A DNA stretch of 64,000 nucleotides from positions 1 through 64,000 of the forward strand of contig NMRA01000176.1 of NCBI GenBank assembly GCA_002633005.1, read 5' to 3'. The DNA is from Phoronis australis (taxonomy: Eukaryota; Animalia; Phoronida). The translations under genes and the position numbers were made by a program. This document shows positions 62,260-64,000 of the stretch, one piece after another; positions within the stretch are counted from its first letter, which is position 1, and each line of letters starts with the position of its first letter. A model generated the notes under the pieces. The model had not been told where the DNA came from. It did not search any database and saw nothing but the letters and a program-made list of their open reading frames with translations.

Positions 62260-62419
62260 ATGGCTGCACGGGGTGCACAGAGGCCAAACGGCGCATCGCA
62301 GGGCAAGATTTGCCAATTCAAACTCGTGCTGCTCGGCGAATCGGCGGTAGGAAAGTCAAGTCTGGTTCTGCGTTTTGTCAAAGGCCAATTCCACGAGTAT
62401 CAAGAGAGTACAATAGGGG
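62260..62419 (+). CDS. RAB5: Ras-related protein Rab-5, first coding exon (gene continues beyond the window)
   Basis: [53 protein letters not shown]; acceptor ttgcag|62185, donor G|GTAAGT. Confidence 0.97.
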
Positions 62420-62602
62420 GTAAGTTGTCAAGGTGCATAGTTAATGAGGTCATCACAGACTAGGTGAATATTTGGGAATGGAGCGTGTTTATGTCATTAG
62501 GCAAATTGTGATTATTTGATTCCTTTGGTAAGAATGCATTAGAAGTATTGTGTCATTGTGTCAGCATTAGTCACATGGCCAGGCCTTCATCTAGCAGGAG
62601 TC

Positions 62603-62680
62603 TAGGGTGTCCAATTGGACAGCCTGTCTCAAATTTAGACTTCCTGGTTAGGAAACCCAGTTCAGCAATTGGACACCCTG
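62603..62680. repeat. Mini inverted-repeat element
   Basis: agggtgtccaattg ... caattggacaccct. Confidence 0.65.
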
Positions 62681-64000
62681 TTCAGCGTCTGCATGCTCGA
62701 ATTATAGGCTAGCATTGGTATCTCTTAGCTAGCTAACAGCAGCTCTGGGAGTTTATTGGCCATCTAGAATAAAACAATTAGTTCAAACGTGATGTGAGGT
62801 GCAAAAATAATATCGCAGTCATTTCCACAGTAACACTAAACAAAAATGGCTATTTGACCAGATGTCATGAAAATGCAGTTATGCGTCATTGATCCTGAAC
62901 ACTGAGAAATTGGTAATCTCCGCACTTGGCACCAATATTTTGATTTTTGAATTTCCATGGAATTTCTATTGTTTTAGGGGTGATGATTGTGTGAGCTACA
63001 TTTGTGAAACCCTGCTGTGTTCTGTTGCCAATGGACCAGTACAAGGCTTGATATCTGTGGAGTGTTCCATCGAATTATGAATGTTGTTGTGCCGCTAGAC
63101 TTGCATTTTAATCATTTACTAAAATTTTGGCACTCAAAATGTTAACGCATGATCTGCCCTCAGAAGGTCACCCTGAGCACCAGGTCCTCACCTGCTTAGT
63201 ATCACTGAAGAAAGTGAGCCCATACCTTTGTTACTCAAGTCTCAACTAAAGTTCACTTTCAAAATTCTGTTCATCAAAATATCGCCTTGGCTGTTTAAAG
63301 TTCAAAACATTGTTGGAAAGGTCTCACGTGATGTATTAGACACAAATACACATTATTGGATGAATTGTGCTTGTCATAAGCATTCTCCAGACTATTGGAT
63401 GTAGAAAGCATGCTATTGAGTGATGTTTTTCCTATATCAAGGGATGTCTGGCATTTTAAGCAAGACATTTCAATCCAATTTGTCGCGTGCTAAAGGAATT
63501 GATCTTTGTCTTATTGTGTGGGGGTATTTGTATTGTGATGTCGCACGAGATAGGAACCATTTTTATGCATATTTGAACTGCTTGCCCACTACTTGATTTC
63601 ATTCAAGAAGGGTTCACCATGTCGTTAAACAGCTTGGACTGTGCCATTACCCATTTGAAGCATCGGTTGCTTGTACCATAACTGTATATAGCTGTCTTGT
63701 TGGTGATTAAGTCTAGAAATCAATAGCATGTAATAACACGCAGAAGTCTAATGAACCCTATGAAAAGACGATGTGGTTGTGTGCTGATGTATGGACGAGT
63801 ATGCTCTACCTAGGTTATCAATTTATGTGATGGCATTTGGTGTGTTGTATACGTGCTATTGCAAAGCTCTGAAATTAAGTTACGAGTGTTGTCGTCAATC
63901 TTTTTTCCTTAGAAACTGCAAATGGATTTTTATGCACCCACCAATAAATATGTGGGCGCATATTGTCGTCATCTCTGTCTGTGCGTCAGGCATCGGCAGC

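Noticed and set aside
1-64000. CRISPR arrays, rRNA, intact tRNA genes, prokaryotic operons
   Set aside because: None seen; tRNA-like boxes belong to SINEs, and the direct repeats lack repeat-spacer structure.

Overview
AT-rich, intron-rich metazoan genomic DNA, probably a marine invertebrate (inferred from repeat content and gene style); it is not prokaryotic, and most short ORFs in the track are spurious. I reconstructed four spliced genes by hand. (1) A secreted stanniocalcin-family gene on the minus strand (~8.1-13.4 kb) with an unusual Arg/His/Gly-rich N-terminal extension; an adjacent tandem duplicate (~15.2-22.7 kb) is a pseudogene, with a frameshifted exon 1 and exon 2 replaced by a decayed Ty3/Gypsy element. 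(2) PP2D1, a PP2C-like probable pseudophosphatase (+, 32.8-46.5 kb). (3) A complete 9-exon EFHB/CFAP21 (-, 50.9-56.6 kb). (4) The first coding exon of Rab5 (+, 62.3 kb), head-to-head with EFHB. From recall, the same three genes (EFHB, RAB5A, PP2D1) are neighbours in human. There are many non-autonomous DNA transposons and SINEs. The most striking non-genic signal is TACATGTA, about 9-fold over-represented. Paralog and hairpin-arm comparisons show it arising by TA->TACATGTA expansion, the signature of excision footprints of CA...TG-ended, TA-targeting transposons; one intact element of that type sits at 33046-37165.
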